This document shows, piece by piece, positions 9,218 to 19,215 of a stretch of 64,000 nucleotides of DNA (positions are counted from its first letter, which is position 1; the number at the start of each line of letters is the position of its first letter). Source of the DNA: an uncultured Vicinamibacteraceae bacterium (GTDB lineage: Bacteria; Acidobacteriota; Vicinamibacteria; Vicinamibacterales; UBA8438); contig CAZUZW010000003.1 of the NCBI GenBank assembly GCA_964624855.1, positions 18,883 to 82,882 of the forward strand, in the 5' to 3' direction. Both the position numbers and the translations under genes were made by a program. A model generated the notes under the pieces. The model worked only from the letters and a program-made list of their open reading frames with translations, did not search any database and had not been told where the DNA came from.

Positions 9218-10370
9218 AACCAAACCGGAGCTGAACAACGACGAGGTCGCGCGCTATAGTCGTCATCTCATAATGCCGGAAGTTGGCATGAATGGCCAAC
9301 TCAAGCTGAAGTCAGCCAGTGTCCTTTGTATCGGAGCCGGAGGTCTAGGTTCCCCTGTAGCGATGTATCTCGGCGCCGCCGGAGTTGGCCGAATTGGAAT
9401 AGTTGACTTTGACGTCGTTGATTACAGCAATCTTCAGCGTCAAGTGATTCATGGCACCCCGGATGTTGGTCGGTCAAAACTTGACTCGGCACGCGATCGA
9501 CTCAACGCGATTAATCCGGAGGTTACAGTCGAGACGCACGATGTCGCGCTGTCGTCTGAGAACGCGCTTGAGTTGCTCGCCAACTATGACGTTATCGTTG
9601 ACGGTACGGACAATTTTCCAACCCGATACCTTGTTAATGATGCTTGCGTTATCTTAGGAAAACCTAACGTGTACGGTAGCATCTTTCGTTTTGAAGGGCA
9701 GGCATCTGTTTTTGCCACCAAAGATGGTCCTTGTTATCGATGCTTGTATCCTGAACCGCCACCACCCGGCTTAGTACCAAGTTGTGCAGAGGGTGGCGTC
9801 TTGGGAATTTTGCCTGGTGTCGTCGGAACAATTCAGGCTACAGAGGCAGTTAAACTAATCATTGGTGTAGGTGAACCATTAATCAACAGGTTCATGATTT
9901 ACGATGCACTTCGAATGAAATTTCGCGAGCTCAAACTTCGAAAGGATCCCGACTGTCCGGTTTGTGGTGAAACACCAACCGTTACCGAGCTGATCGACTA
10001 TGAACAATTCTGTGGCATTACAGGCGCCGCGACAGAGGATGTTTCGTCAGAGGCGCTCGATACCACCGTCGAGGATTTGAAAACCCGTATTGATGGAAAA
10101 GATGAGGTGTTGGTTTTGGATGTTCGTGAGCCACAGGAATTTCAAATCTGCCGGATTCCGGGCTCGACCTTGATTCCATTAAATGACTTGCCACAGCGTC
10201 TGGCTGAGCTTGAGGGATACAAGAATATGGTCGTGCACTGCAAGTCAGGGGTTCGAAGTGCGAAGGCAGTGAAACTGCTCCACGAGGCGGGTTTCTCAGA
10301 CGCTAAGAATTTGCGGGGGGGGATACTTGCTTGGATTGACGAAATCGACCCATCGCTTCCAAAATATTAG
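9210..10370 (+). CDS. moeB: MoeB/MoeZ adenylyltransferase with C-terminal rhodanese
   Basis: RYSRHL, GAGGLG, SNLQRQ, DGTDNF, CYRC...CAEGG, CPVC; rhodanese HCKSGVRS. ATG 9210 overlaps the carrier gene's 3' end. Confidence 0.93.
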   Translation: MNETKPELNNDEVARYSRHLIMPEVGMNGQLKLKSASVLCIGAGGLGSPVAMYLGAAGVGRIGIVDFDVVDYSNLQRQVIHGTPDVGRSKLDSARDRLNAINPEVTVETHDVALSSENALELLANYDVIVDGTDNFPTRYLVNDACVILGKPNVYGSIFRFEGQASVFATKDGPCYRCLYPEPPPPGLVPSCAEGGVLGILPGVVGTIQATEAVKLIIGVGEPLINRFMIYDALRMKFRELKLRKDPDCPVCGETPTVTELIDYEQFCGITGAATEDVSSEALDTTVEDLKTRIDGKDEVLVLDVREPQEFQICRIPGSTLIPLNDLPQRLAELEGYKNMVVHCKSGVRSAKAVKLLHEAGFSDAKNLRGGILAWIDEIDPSLPKY

Positions 10371-10527
10371 GAAGATCTAATCGGTTCGGGTCACACTAAT
10401 GAGATACCCTGTTGCGCGTGAACCGATTTCCGAAAGCGTCTGGTTATTATCAATTAACGCAATCTAAGTAACGGATTCGTATAACCATCGACTGGTTCCG
10501 CTCTCGGCGCTATACTGACGTTAGCCC

Positions 10528-11013
10528 ATGTTACGTTTGTCCAAGAAAACTGACTACGCACTGATAGCCTTGAAGGACTTAGCTTCCAGTCCTACGGCGA
10601 CGTCGTGCAGTGCCCGCGAGATCGCCGCCCGATACGACATTCCCGTAGAGTTAATGGCTAAAGTGTTGCAGCGGTTGGCGCGGCGGGGACTATTGGAGTC
10701 TCATCAAGGTACACGTGGGGGCTACAAACTATCTCGACCGGCCGACCGCATTTCAGTTGCGGATGTTATTCAAGCGATTGATGGACCTGTGCTGGTAACA
10801 GCCTGTTCGGACGAAGACGAGACGTGCGAACAGTATTCCAAGTGCAACGTGCGTGACCCATTGTGGCGTCTCAAAGACCGGATTGTTCAGGCGCTTGTTT
10901 CATTTACATTGCAGGAACTTGCCGAAGACGATGATGCCCAGTCGACCTTCCCCGTCTTGATGGCGTCAGGTGAGATAACCTCGGCGTCGACTTCAGAACG
11001 TTCTGCCGACTAG
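10528..11013 (+). CDS. iscR: Rrf2-family regulator, IscR-like
   Basis: DYALIAL, GTRGGYKL, three-Cys motif C-x6-C-x5-C; immediately upstream of iscS. Confidence 0.8.
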   Translation: MLRLSKKTDYALIALKDLASSPTATSCSAREIAARYDIPVELMAKVLQRLARRGLLESHQGTRGGYKLSRPADRISVADVIQAIDGPVLVTACSDEDETCEQYSKCNVRDPLWRLKDRIVQALVSFTLQELAEDDDAQSTFPVLMASGEITSASTSERSAD

Positions 11014-11040
11014 CCAACTGTGCGGCTTCGAGCTTGACTC

Positions 11041-12201
11041 ATGGTTTCGTTGCCTATCTATATGGACCACCATGCTACGACGCCGACCGACCCTAGGGTC
11101 GTTGACTCGATGCAGCCGTTTTTCAGCACGAAGTTTGGCAATCCAGCTAGTCGACACCATGCCTTCGGGTGGGAAGCAAGGGACGCCGTGGATGAAGCCC
11201 GAGTGCAAGTGTCTCGCCTCGTCGGATGCGATGCGCGAGAAATAGTTTTCACAAGCGGGGCCACAGAATCTAACAATTTGGCGATCAAAGGTTGTCTCAA
11301 ATCCGTAGGTCGACCAGCTCGGATAGTGACGGTAACTACCGAGCATCGCGCGGTACTCGATCCGTGTCGGCAATTGGAGAACGAAGGAGTGCGTGTGACC
11401 TATGTTCGCCCAAGAAAAGATGGTCTTGTTGACGTCAAAGAAATTGAGAAGGCACTAACTCCAGAGACCGCCTTGTTGAGTGTGATGGCGGCGAACAATG
11501 AGATTGGTGTACTTCAGCCGATCGCTGAGTTGAGCGCTCTGGCGCGTAGCTATTCGGTGTTGTTTCATACAGATGCTACGCAAGCGGTCGGGAAGATTCC
11601 CTTTAGTGCCAGAACCCTTGACGTGGATTTTGTATCTCTAAGCTCGCACAAGATATACGGGCCCAAGGGGGTGGGCGCACTCTGTATTCGCCGGCGAAAA
11701 CCCAGGATCCCGATCAAGGCGATGCTTGACGGTGGTGGGCATGAAAACGGCCTGCGGTCGGGCACTTTGAATGTTCCTGCGATCGTTGGGTTTGGGCGAG
11801 CAGCCGAACTTTGTATGACTGAAATGGTCGAGGAGACAGCGCGTATTCAAACGCTGAGGGACGATCTATGGCGCCTACTTTCAGCAGGTTTGAGTGGGTT
11901 GAAAATCAATGGTTCAATGGAACGAAGGCTACCTCAGAATCTGAACTTTAGCGTTGCCGGCGTAGATGGCGAAGCATTGCTTCTCGGCTTGGATGATGTG
12001 GCGTTGTCGTCAGGAGCCGCCTGCACGTCCACGCATCCGGAACCATCCCATGTCTTGTTGTCATTGGGTCTTTCCGAAAGATTGGCTGTGGCTTCGATTC
12101 GATTTAGCTTGGGCCGCTGGAATACGGCTGAAGAGGTTGACTACGTAGTTGAGAAGGTCAAGCGGTTAGTTTGTCACTTACGCGAGATGTCCCAGGACTA
12201 A
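11041..12201 (+). CDS. iscS: Cysteine desulfurase IscS/NifS
   Basis: YMDHHATTP, FTSGATE, HTDATQ, SSHKIYGPKG, SSGAACTS. Confidence 0.95.
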   Translation: MVSLPIYMDHHATTPTDPRVVDSMQPFFSTKFGNPASRHHAFGWEARDAVDEARVQVSRLVGCDAREIVFTSGATESNNLAIKGCLKSVGRPARIVTVTTEHRAVLDPCRQLENEGVRVTYVRPRKDGLVDVKEIEKALTPETALLSVMAANNEIGVLQPIAELSALARSYSVLFHTDATQAVGKIPFSARTLDVDFVSLSSHKIYGPKGVGALCIRRRKPRIPIKAMLDGGGHENGLRSGTLNVPAIVGFGRAAELCMTEMVEETARIQTLRDDLWRLLSAGLSGLKINGSMERRLPQNLNFSVAGVDGEALLLGLDDVALSSGAACTSTHPEPSHVLLSLGLSERLAVASIRFSLGRWNTAEEVDYVVEKVKRLVCHLREMSQD

Positions 12202-12254
12202 GGGCCTGAGTCACATGTCTTACACAGAATCGGCTACACTGGTGGTGAGAACAG

Positions 12255-12581
12255 ATGATCGAAATCACAGAAGCAGCGGCAAAGCTAATCCGACAATCGA
12301 TGAGCAGTGAGGGTATGACTGATGGCGGGTTGCGCGTTGGTGTTAAGGCCGGTGGTTGTAACGGTATGAGTTATGTATTTCGGTGGGAATCCTCACCAAA
12401 GCCAGATGATGAAATCTTCGAAACTCAAGAAGGCACACCTATCTTCGTTGACAAGAAAAGCTACACATATTTGAAGGGAACTGTGCTTGACTGTGATTCA
12501 GAGATGCTGGGTCAGTCGCTGATTTTTCGAAACCCCAACGCGAAAAGCGAGTGCGGCTGTGGATTGTCGTTCAATGTGTAG
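12255..12581 (+). CDS. iscA: A-type Fe-S carrier HesB/IscA
   Basis: GGCNGMSY and C-terminal NPNAKSECGCG. Confidence 0.92.
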   Translation: MIEITEAAAKLIRQSMSSEGMTDGGLRVGVKAGGCNGMSYVFRWESSPKPDDEIFETQEGTPIFVDKKSYTYLKGTVLDCDSEMLGQSLIFRNPNAKSECGCGLSFNV

Positions 12582-12657
12582 TTAGATAGCTGTGACGGTT
12601 AGGTTTTGATGGTATTCGTCTCGACGGTTTGGCGACGAGGTGTGACGCTATCGACTC

Positions 12658-13191
12658 TTGACCAGTGACTCCTATACACTCCCAGCCATGGCGGCATGGA
12701 CAGGCCTGCACAACGCACTTCAACACAGTATGCGAGCATACTATCTTCCGCTCATTAGTGGCGTGGCCCTTGCTGCTAGCGCGTTCATGCCGTGGATGAA
12801 GATGGACGATCAGGGATTTGGTGGATTTCCGAGTGTAGCCGGATTATGGGTATTAGGGCTTGGTCTATTGGCGGTCGTTTTGGCTTTATTGAGTGTTGTG
12901 ACACGCCGCAATTCTAGACACCCACTGTTACTCGTGGGACTTGCGGCTTTCGGTATTCTTTGGCTTGGGGAGCGCTTCTTGGAGAAGTCGGCTGCGGATC
13001 AACTTTGGGCTCGCTCCCAAGCCCAAGCTATCGTGCAGGGTACTCAGGCGGTAGATATAATTCCGCCTGTCATGGCGATAGGTGCCTATGTGGGTTTGGC
13101 AGCATCGCTAGTGATCACGCTATTCGGACTGACGATAGTAATTCGCCAGGCTACACAGCCTTACGCTGAAGTTGAAGATGATGATGAATGA
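12658..13191 (+). CDS. Hypothetical integral membrane protein (about 4 TM helices)
   Basis: Several hydrophobic segments; stop overlaps the mqnD start; true start uncertain. Confidence 0.7.
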   Translation: MTSDSYTLPAMAAWTGLHNALQHSMRAYYLPLISGVALAASAFMPWMKMDDQGFGGFPSVAGLWVLGLGLLAVVLALLSVVTRRNSRHPLLLVGLAAFGILWLGERFLEKSAADQLWARSQAQAIVQGTQAVDIIPPVMAIGAYVGLAASLVITLFGLTIVIRQATQPYAEVEDDDE

Positions 13192-14026
13192 GACGCCGAA
13201 AAAAATAACCGTTGCACACAGTCCAGATTCTGACGATGCTTTTATGTTTTATGGATTAGCGTCTGGCGCAGTCGACATAAGTGGCTTTGATGTTGGTCAG
13301 GTGCTCGCCGACATCGAGACGTTGAACCGAGAAGCGTTCGAAGGTCGCTACGAGGTAACGGCTGTTTCATTTCATGCTTACGCTCACCTTGTTGAGCGGT
13401 ACGCGCTTCTGCCTCACGGTGCCAGTATGGGTGATAGGTATGGTCCAGTGCTTGTGACACGCGAAGACGGACCATCACAACTGGATGGGGTGACGGTGGC
13501 GATTCCTGGAACGCTGACAACTGCGTATCTTGCGTTACAGCTATATTTTCCAGGCGTAGCGTACGAGGTCATGCCGTTCGACGAAATCCAGCCAGCGGTG
13601 CAAGAAGGGAAAGTGGAGGCTGGCCTACTTATCCATGAAGGCCAGTTGACTTATGCGGAGGACGGACTACGTGCGATTGTCGACTTGGGTGTCTGGTGGG
13701 CCGAGAGAACCGGTGGTCTTCCTCTGCCGCTCGGGTGTAACGTCATCCGACGAGATCTTGGCACCGACACGATGCGGCGGGTGTCGCGGTTGCTTCACGA
13801 CAGTATTGCGTACGCACTTAATCACCGGTCAGAAGCGATTGACTACGCCCAAGAATATGGTCGAGGTCTAGACGAAGATAAGACGGATCAGTTTGTAGGA
13901 ATGTATGTCAATGAGCTGACTCTCGATTACGGTGAAAGGGGGCGATTGGCCGTCAAACGGTTGTTCGACGAAGCGTATGAGAAACGGCTTATACCTAATC
14001 CTGTTCCGGTTGAGTTCGTTAATTAG
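13184..14026 (+). CDS. mqnD: 1,4-dihydroxy-6-naphthoate synthase (futalosine pathway)
   Basis: HSPDSDDAFMF, DIETLN, YGP, PGTLTTA, IHEGQLTY, LPLPLG, MYVN. Confidence 0.88.
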   Translation: MNETPKKITVAHSPDSDDAFMFYGLASGAVDISGFDVGQVLADIETLNREAFEGRYEVTAVSFHAYAHLVERYALLPHGASMGDRYGPVLVTREDGPSQLDGVTVAIPGTLTTAYLALQLYFPGVAYEVMPFDEIQPAVQEGKVEAGLLIHEGQLTYAEDGLRAIVDLGVWWAERTGGLPLPLGCNVIRRDLGTDTMRRVSRLLHDSIAYALNHRSEAIDYAQEYGRGLDEDKTDQFVGMYVNELTLDYGERGRLAVKRLFDEAYEKRLIPNPVPVEFVN

Positions 14027-14060
14027 AATGACGGTACGTCGCTATCACGCGTAACTGATT

Positions 14061-14957
14061 CTAGAACGCATCGGGGTGAATCATTCTTGCTAACTCTTCG
14101 GTCGCTTGGGCCACTCTGGGTCCTGGCACGACAAAACGATTCCCGGTGACGAAATAAATTCGATTGTTTCGTACTGCAGGCAGTGTTGAGAGTTGGGTCC
14201 AGACGGCTCGTTCGTCTTCAACAATGTTGCGTGGAAGGTTTTCTCCGTATCTGATTTCAATAATAATTTCAGGTGCCGCTGACAAGATTGACTCCGAACT
14301 CACTTGTGAAACGTTTTCGCTGTCGATTTCGCTGAAGACATTATTTCCACCTGCGACTTCGAGCATATCCTGCAAAAAACCGATGCCGCCGCTGGCGTAG
14401 ACGTTACGTAACGTCAGGGGTTCACGTCCGAATACAAGCAGCGTTCGGGGTTTAGGGCGACCTGCCACCCGCCGCTGGATGGCAACGAGGCTGGCTTCAA
14501 GCTCTGTGGCGATTGTTTCGGCCTCGGTGGAATGACCCGTCCGAATACCCAAAAGTCGAATCATGTCGGAGACTTCGGCAAGTCCTTCATGCGTGTAGGT
14601 CAGAATTGGGATGCTGGCTTTCTCTAATTGGCTGCGTAGATCAGTCTGAGTGTCATAAAGAATAACGAGGTCAGGGCGAAGCGTGAAGATCCGTTCTACG
14701 TTGGGGTCGAGAAGTCCACCAACCCGAGTAACGGAACTGTCTTGGTTCGGTCCGATAGGTATTTGGTCGAAGCTTCCTATCCCTACCAACTCGGAACCTG
14801 CACCGATTGAAACCAGAATCTCCGTAACGGCAGGGACCAACGAGACAATTCTTTGTGGTAATGGACTCTGTGTGATCGCGGTCCCGATTGTCATAAAAAT
14901 CAGAATTGGGACGAGTCGATGTCGTGCCGGTCTTAGCGGTTTCGTATTAGTAACCAC
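14061..14957 (-). CDS. btuF: Cobalamin ABC transporter substrate-binding protein
   Basis: RIVSLVPAVTE, PNVERIFTLRPDLV, PAVRNNRI, PGPR helical-backbone binding-protein motifs; operon under a B12 riboswitch. Confidence 0.85.
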   Translation of the reverse strand: MVTNTKPLRPARHRLVPILIFMTIGTAITQSPLPQRIVSLVPAVTEILVSIGAGSELVGIGSFDQIPIGPNQDSSVTRVGGLLDPNVERIFTLRPDLVILYDTQTDLRSQLEKASIPILTYTHEGLAEVSDMIRLLGIRTGHSTEAETIATELEASLVAIQRRVAGRPKPRTLLVFGREPLTLRNVYASGGIGFLQDMLEVAGGNNVFSEIDSENVSQVSSESILSAAPEIIIEIRYGENLPRNIVEDERAVWTQLSTLPAVRNNRIYFVTGNRFVVPGPRVAQATEELARMIHPDAF

Positions 14958-15979
14958 AAGAAGAATGGTCCTCCGAGCATGGCGGTGATGACGCCAACCG
15001 GTAGTTCAAGTGGTGCCATTATCGTCCGGGCGCCTACATCGCAGGTGACTAAGAATGCTGCACCAAGGAACGTAGCGGATGGTAGGACTACTCGGTGGTC
15101 GGCTCCGACCAGTAATCGGACTATGTGTGGCACGATGATACCGATGAAGCCGATAGGGCCGCCTAGGGATACAGCTGCACCGGTCGCTAGGGACGCAGAG
15201 AGGAACGCGAGGCGTTGGGTGTTTAGAACGTCTACACCTCGGGTAGCCGCATATTCAGTACCTAATGTAAGGAGATTAAGTGAGCGTGGAAGATAGGTAA
15301 AACCAGCTAGGGCAGCCATCAGCAGAGGAAGGGCCCATAGGATAGGTTCGTAGCCGCTTACATCAAGATTACCCATCAGCCACCGGACTGCCTGAAAGTT
15401 CTGTGAGAAGTCTGCGAGATACTGAACAAACATGATAATGGCTGAAAAAAGAGAGTTGAGTGTTACTCCAGCCAGTAGCAGCACGGTGGTAGATAGTCCT
15501 TGGCGGCGAAGTCGAGCTAGGAAATAAACAATTCCAACCGCAACCAGCGAACCTATGAAACTGGCCAGAGTTACGGCGGGTAGTCCAGCTAAGGCGAAGG
15601 GTATTCCCAAAACTAAGACGACCATCGCACCTAGGGATGCACCTGCAGAAACTCCAAGCGTGAAGGGGGTCGCCAAAGGATTTCTTAGAAGCGCTTGTAG
15701 TACAACACCGGCGGCAGCCAGTGAGCCGCCCACGAGAGCTCCAGCAAGCACCCGTGGCAGTCGGGCAATGAAGAAGATCTGAGCATCCACGTTGTCAGCG
15801 AAGGAGACTGAATTGTCAAAGACGCGGCTTAGTTTGATCGGCGTGGGCCCGACAAGTGGCGCCAGTAGGCAAACTAAGATTGCTAGGCTACCCAATACCC
15901 AAGGCGTTGCCAGAAACTTCAATTGAAGTTGTCGAACCCGAAGAGTGTTCATCGGCGTGACATGAGTTTTCTCAGTCAT
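14933..15979 (-). CDS. btuC: FecCD/BtuC ABC permease
   Basis: RLPRVL, LRNPLATP, GPIGFIGIIVPH, ELPVGVITA. Start set at ATG 15979, overlapping the ATPase stop. Confidence 0.88.
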   Translation of the reverse strand: MTEKTHVTPMNTLRVRQLQLKFLATPWVLGSLAILVCLLAPLVGPTPIKLSRVFDNSVSFADNVDAQIFFIARLPRVLAGALVGGSLAAAGVVLQALLRNPLATPFTLGVSAGASLGAMVVLVLGIPFALAGLPAVTLASFIGSLVAVGIVYFLARLRRQGLSTTVLLLAGVTLNSLFSAIIMFVQYLADFSQNFQAVRWLMGNLDVSGYEPILWALPLLMAALAGFTYLPRSLNLLTLGTEYAATRGVDVLNTQRLAFLSASLATGAAVSLGGPIGFIGIIVPHIVRLLVGADHRVVLPSATFLGAAFLVTCDVGARTIMAPLELPVGVITAMLGGPFFLWLLIRNR

Positions 15980-16802
15980 ACGGTTCGCGGCGGTGTTGTC
16001 GCATGGGCACCACAAGCAGATGACCTGCGGCGCTGTTATGTGCAATGTGAACATTGACACCATACAAGTGTCGAACGGTCTCCTCGGTCAAGACATCCTC
16101 TGTCTTGCCGCACGCGACTACTTTCCCATCGCGTAGGACTATCAAGTCACGACAGACACTTGCTGCCAGATTAAGATCGTGGGTCGAAACCACCATGGTG
16201 ATTCCTGTCTCGTTTAAATTTTGCAGTAGCGAGCCAATCTCTAGTTGATAGTTAAGATCAAGTGATGTCGTCGGTTCATCTAGAAGAAGGATATTCGACT
16301 CGATGACGGTCGGATTTGTTGAAGAGAGTTGGGCCAAAGCGCCGGCTATTACTACGCGTTGTTTTTCCCCACCACTGAGTGTCGAAAAGGCACGGGATGC
16401 AAGATCAGAAGTGCCGGTTGCTGCTAATGCCTGTGTGGCAAGTTCAAGATCTAATGGACCTTCGATGCCGAAGTTCTCTAAATGCGGGTATCTACCCATT
16501 AGAACTATTTCCAGCACTGTGTAATCGAAGGTTGTTTCAGTCTGCTGTTGAACGGCAGCCAACCGCCGTGCCAGTGTCTTACGGGAATAGTTCGCAAGAT
16601 CTTGACCCTCAAGGGTGACTTGGCCGGTCGTGGGAGGATACACACCACTAAGGAGTCTTAGCAGACTTGTTTTGCCGGAGCCATTTGGTCCAATAATTCC
16701 CGTCAAACTACCACGATGAATACAAACGGAAATATCATGCAGGACTTCTTTCGTGTCGTATCCAAACGAAACGGTATTGGTTCGTAGCACGGTGCTAGTC
16801 AA
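15972..16802 (-). CDS. btuD: ABC transporter ATP-binding protein (BtuD/FecE-like)
   Basis: GPNGSGKT, LSGGEKQR, LLLDEPT, THDL. Confidence 0.9.
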   Translation of the reverse strand: MTSTVLRTNTVSFGYDTKEVLHDISVCIHRGSLTGIIGPNGSGKTSLLRLLSGVYPPTTGQVTLEGQDLANYSRKTLARRLAAVQQQTETTFDYTVLEIVLMGRYPHLENFGIEGPLDLELATQALAATGTSDLASRAFSTLSGGEKQRVVIAGALAQLSSTNPTVIESNILLLDEPTTSLDLNYQLEIGSLLQNLNETGITMVVSTHDLNLAASVCRDLIVLRDGKVVACGKTEDVLTEETVRHLYGVNVHIAHNSAAGHLLVVPMRQHRREPYD

Positions 16803-18832
16803 AACTCCAAAGTGGTTCCTACACGGACATTGATACCCGGAGAAGGGAAGAAAGCTCGTTCAACGGGAAATCCACCAAGCACACCGTAATCGGCATATTC
16901 ATGGTCCGTTAGATTTCTCACCTCGATGAAGGTGTTAACCCGGTCCTGTTCATGTCTGAGTTTCAGGTTGATGACAACATAGCGATCTTGGTTCCCGAAG
17001 GTATTCTGGTAATCACTTTCAAATAGTCGTGTCCCCACGTAAGTTCCGTTCATAATTACGCCTATTGCCTGTGTTGGTTGGAAGGCAAATTCGATGGTGG
17101 AGCGATGACGGGGAACATTTGGGATGGTTCGACCAACGAACACACCTTCTAAGATCTTGGCATTCGTGTAGGTGTAATGTCCGCTAACGCTAAGTGTCTC
17201 TGACCGCCCAGCGGCGGACAACTCAACGCCCTGACGTTTCGATGTTCCGTCAAGGTTTTCGTTTGCGCCAAACCCGAATACCCCGCCAGTCGGATTGAAA
17301 AACAGTTCGTTGTGGCTATGTACGTGAAAATAATTAAATTCTCCAGAAACTGTGCCAGTGGATGCACGCAAACCTGTTTCGTAGCTATTGGACCGCTGTG
17401 GACGGAGGGTAGTATCGATGGTATTGGAAAAGAAGTTAAACAGCTCGTCTAGCAAAGGGTAACGAAAACTTTTTGCGGCGGACGCATAAAAATGGCTTGC
17501 ACCGGCTATGTTGAAGTTGACGCCGACAGTAGCGAGATGTTGGTCAAAATCGGTGCCGGCGGGCGAACTTGGTTGGAAGTGGTAATTAACGTCGTCGTAG
17601 CGATAGCCTCCTGAAATCCCTAGGCGCCAGTGAGGAAAAATTTCGTCATGCAGATAGAATGCCGAATTCTGTTTCTTGAGTGTGAACATCCCGACGGTTT
17701 CTGTTCCGTCGAAGATCGTCGTGTTGAGAATGGTTTCAGTCGATTGACTAGCGTCAACACCCAATACCAAAGTGTTACTTAACTGAACAATAGGACCAGA
17801 AACGTTGATTTGAGGAGAAATGGCAATAGTGTCGATTGTGGTGTTGCCATTAAACGTTCCACCGGCAAAAGAACTGAAGAACGCAGAATCACGCTGCCGA
17901 AAAGAAAAGTCGACTTGTGCCAAAGCAGAATCACCGAGTATGACGCTCGGTCTCGCTATTACGTAAAGATCATCGACTTCAGCAAACTCGCCTGGTTTCA
18001 ATGTGCTGCGCCGAAGAGCTCCAGTTATCAAGTCGCTTTCTTTGAGTTCTCCGGGAAGGCCGGTGACGTCGCTGTGGAACCCAGCACTGGTGAAGATATT
18101 CAAGCGCTGATTTGGAGTTACAGTGAAGCTCGTTCCGAGGTCGCCCCCGTTTGTATCGCCGTTATCTCTATAACCGTCCGACGTGTTGTAACTTCCATCA
18201 ATCGCGTACGATACCCCGGAAGTTGACCCACTCAGATTGGTAGCTACATTGAAGCTCGAATAGCTTCCGGCTTGCAGCGAGACAGACCGGTCCGTGTCAG
18301 TGCGGTCCTTGGTAATTATGTTGATAGTGCCAGCCGTCGCGTTGTCTCCGTAGAGAACACTCCCTCTACCTCCTCGGGTGACCTCGATGCGATCGACACG
18401 ACTCAACGGAATCTGGAGCCAATCAGTTCCACTTAAGTCGGGCAGGGTGGCACGACGTCCATCGATTAAAACGAGAGTGTTCGAAGATGCTGTTTCTCCA
18501 AAACCTCGCAAGTCAATGCGATAGTTCCGTCGATTACCTGTGATGTCGGCCACGTGTACGCCTGCGTAGGATCGGAGTAATTCAGGGATGTCCCGCGCAG
18601 TGGATCGTTTGATTTCGTCAAGTGTGACAGCTGTAATTGGTGCGGAAACCTTCGCGATCGATTCTTCCCGTCGTGAAGGGGTGACGACAATTCCTTGAGT
18701 GAATCGAAGTGAATTCTCAATTGTTTCGGAGTCAGGATCGCGATCTTGGGCAGTACTGATAGCCGAGAAACAATTTAGTATTAGAATGACAATCGGGACA
18801 AGTAAGATGTTACTGGGGCGAACTTTCATCAA
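16799..18832 (-). CDS. btuB: TonB-dependent receptor, BtuB-like
   Basis: Signal peptide, VVTPSR plug start, LRGF, DRIEVTRG..SVLYG, C-terminal Phe; directly downstream of the cobalamin riboswitch. Confidence 0.85.
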   Translation of the reverse strand: MMKVRPSNILLVPIVILILNCFSAISTAQDRDPDSETIENSLRFTQGIVVTPSRREESIAKVSAPITAVTLDEIKRSTARDIPELLRSYAGVHVADITGNRRNYRIDLRGFGETASSNTLVLIDGRRATLPDLSGTDWLQIPLSRVDRIEVTRGGRGSVLYGDNATAGTINIITKDRTDTDRSVSLQAGSYSSFNVATNLSGSTSGVSYAIDGSYNTSDGYRDNGDTNGGDLGTSFTVTPNQRLNIFTSAGFHSDVTGLPGELKESDLITGALRRSTLKPGEFAEVDDLYVIARPSVILGDSALAQVDFSFRQRDSAFFSSFAGGTFNGNTTIDTIAISPQINVSGPIVQLSNTLVLGVDASQSTETILNTTIFDGTETVGMFTLKKQNSAFYLHDEIFPHWRLGISGGYRYDDVNYHFQPSSPAGTDFDQHLATVGVNFNIAGASHFYASAAKSFRYPLLDELFNFFSNTIDTTLRPQRSNSYETGLRASTGTVSGEFNYFHVHSHNELFFNPTGGVFGFGANENLDGTSKRQGVELSAAGRSETLSVSGHYTYTNAKILEGVFVGRTIPNVPRHRSTIEFAFQPTQAIGVIMNGTYVGTRLFESDYQNTFGNQDRYVVINLKLRHEQDRVNTFIEVRNLTDHEYADYGVLGGFPVERAFFPSPGINVRVGTTLEF

Positions 18833-18899
18833 ACCTCCTGCGGCGTGACCACGCGCCGGGACTGCGACTCTAAGAGCCGACAGTGAAGAGGACGCCTGA

Positions 18900-19078
18900 T
18901 GATCAGGTCTCCTGACTTGCGGATCGTGATGAGACGGTCGTACCTTCCCAGGCTCTGTGTCTCGTTACATTAGGCCCAGTGGCTGATGCGCGCTGCACCG
19001 ATACCGTCCCACTCCCCGCTTACAGTGGCGGGACCGTGTGGGATTTGCACCCACTTCCCATGCTCACCAGGAAGCGTC
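18900..19078 (-). ncRNA. Cobalamin (B12) riboswitch
   Basis: Minus strand reads GGGAAGTGGGTGCAAATCCCACACGGTCCCGCCACTGTAAGCGGGGAG...CCACTGGG...GGGAAGG...AAGTCAGGAGACCTG (B12 box), upstream of btuB. Confidence 0.95.
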
Positions 19079-19215
19079 GAACAGGGCATAGTATAACTGA
19101 GACGCCATTTAGCAAACGTTCCTGCAGTTGATGAACGCAGTTTTTATCGCATAACATAGTTATTCGACATTAGAAACGAGACCAGTTCCGGTCTCGTTTA
19201 CGCCTTCAGGTACTC

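Noticed and set aside
10379..10428. 9-bp inverted repeat AATCGGTTC...GAACCGATT after moeB
   Set aside because: 32-nt spacer and only a short U-run; not a convincing terminator or operator.
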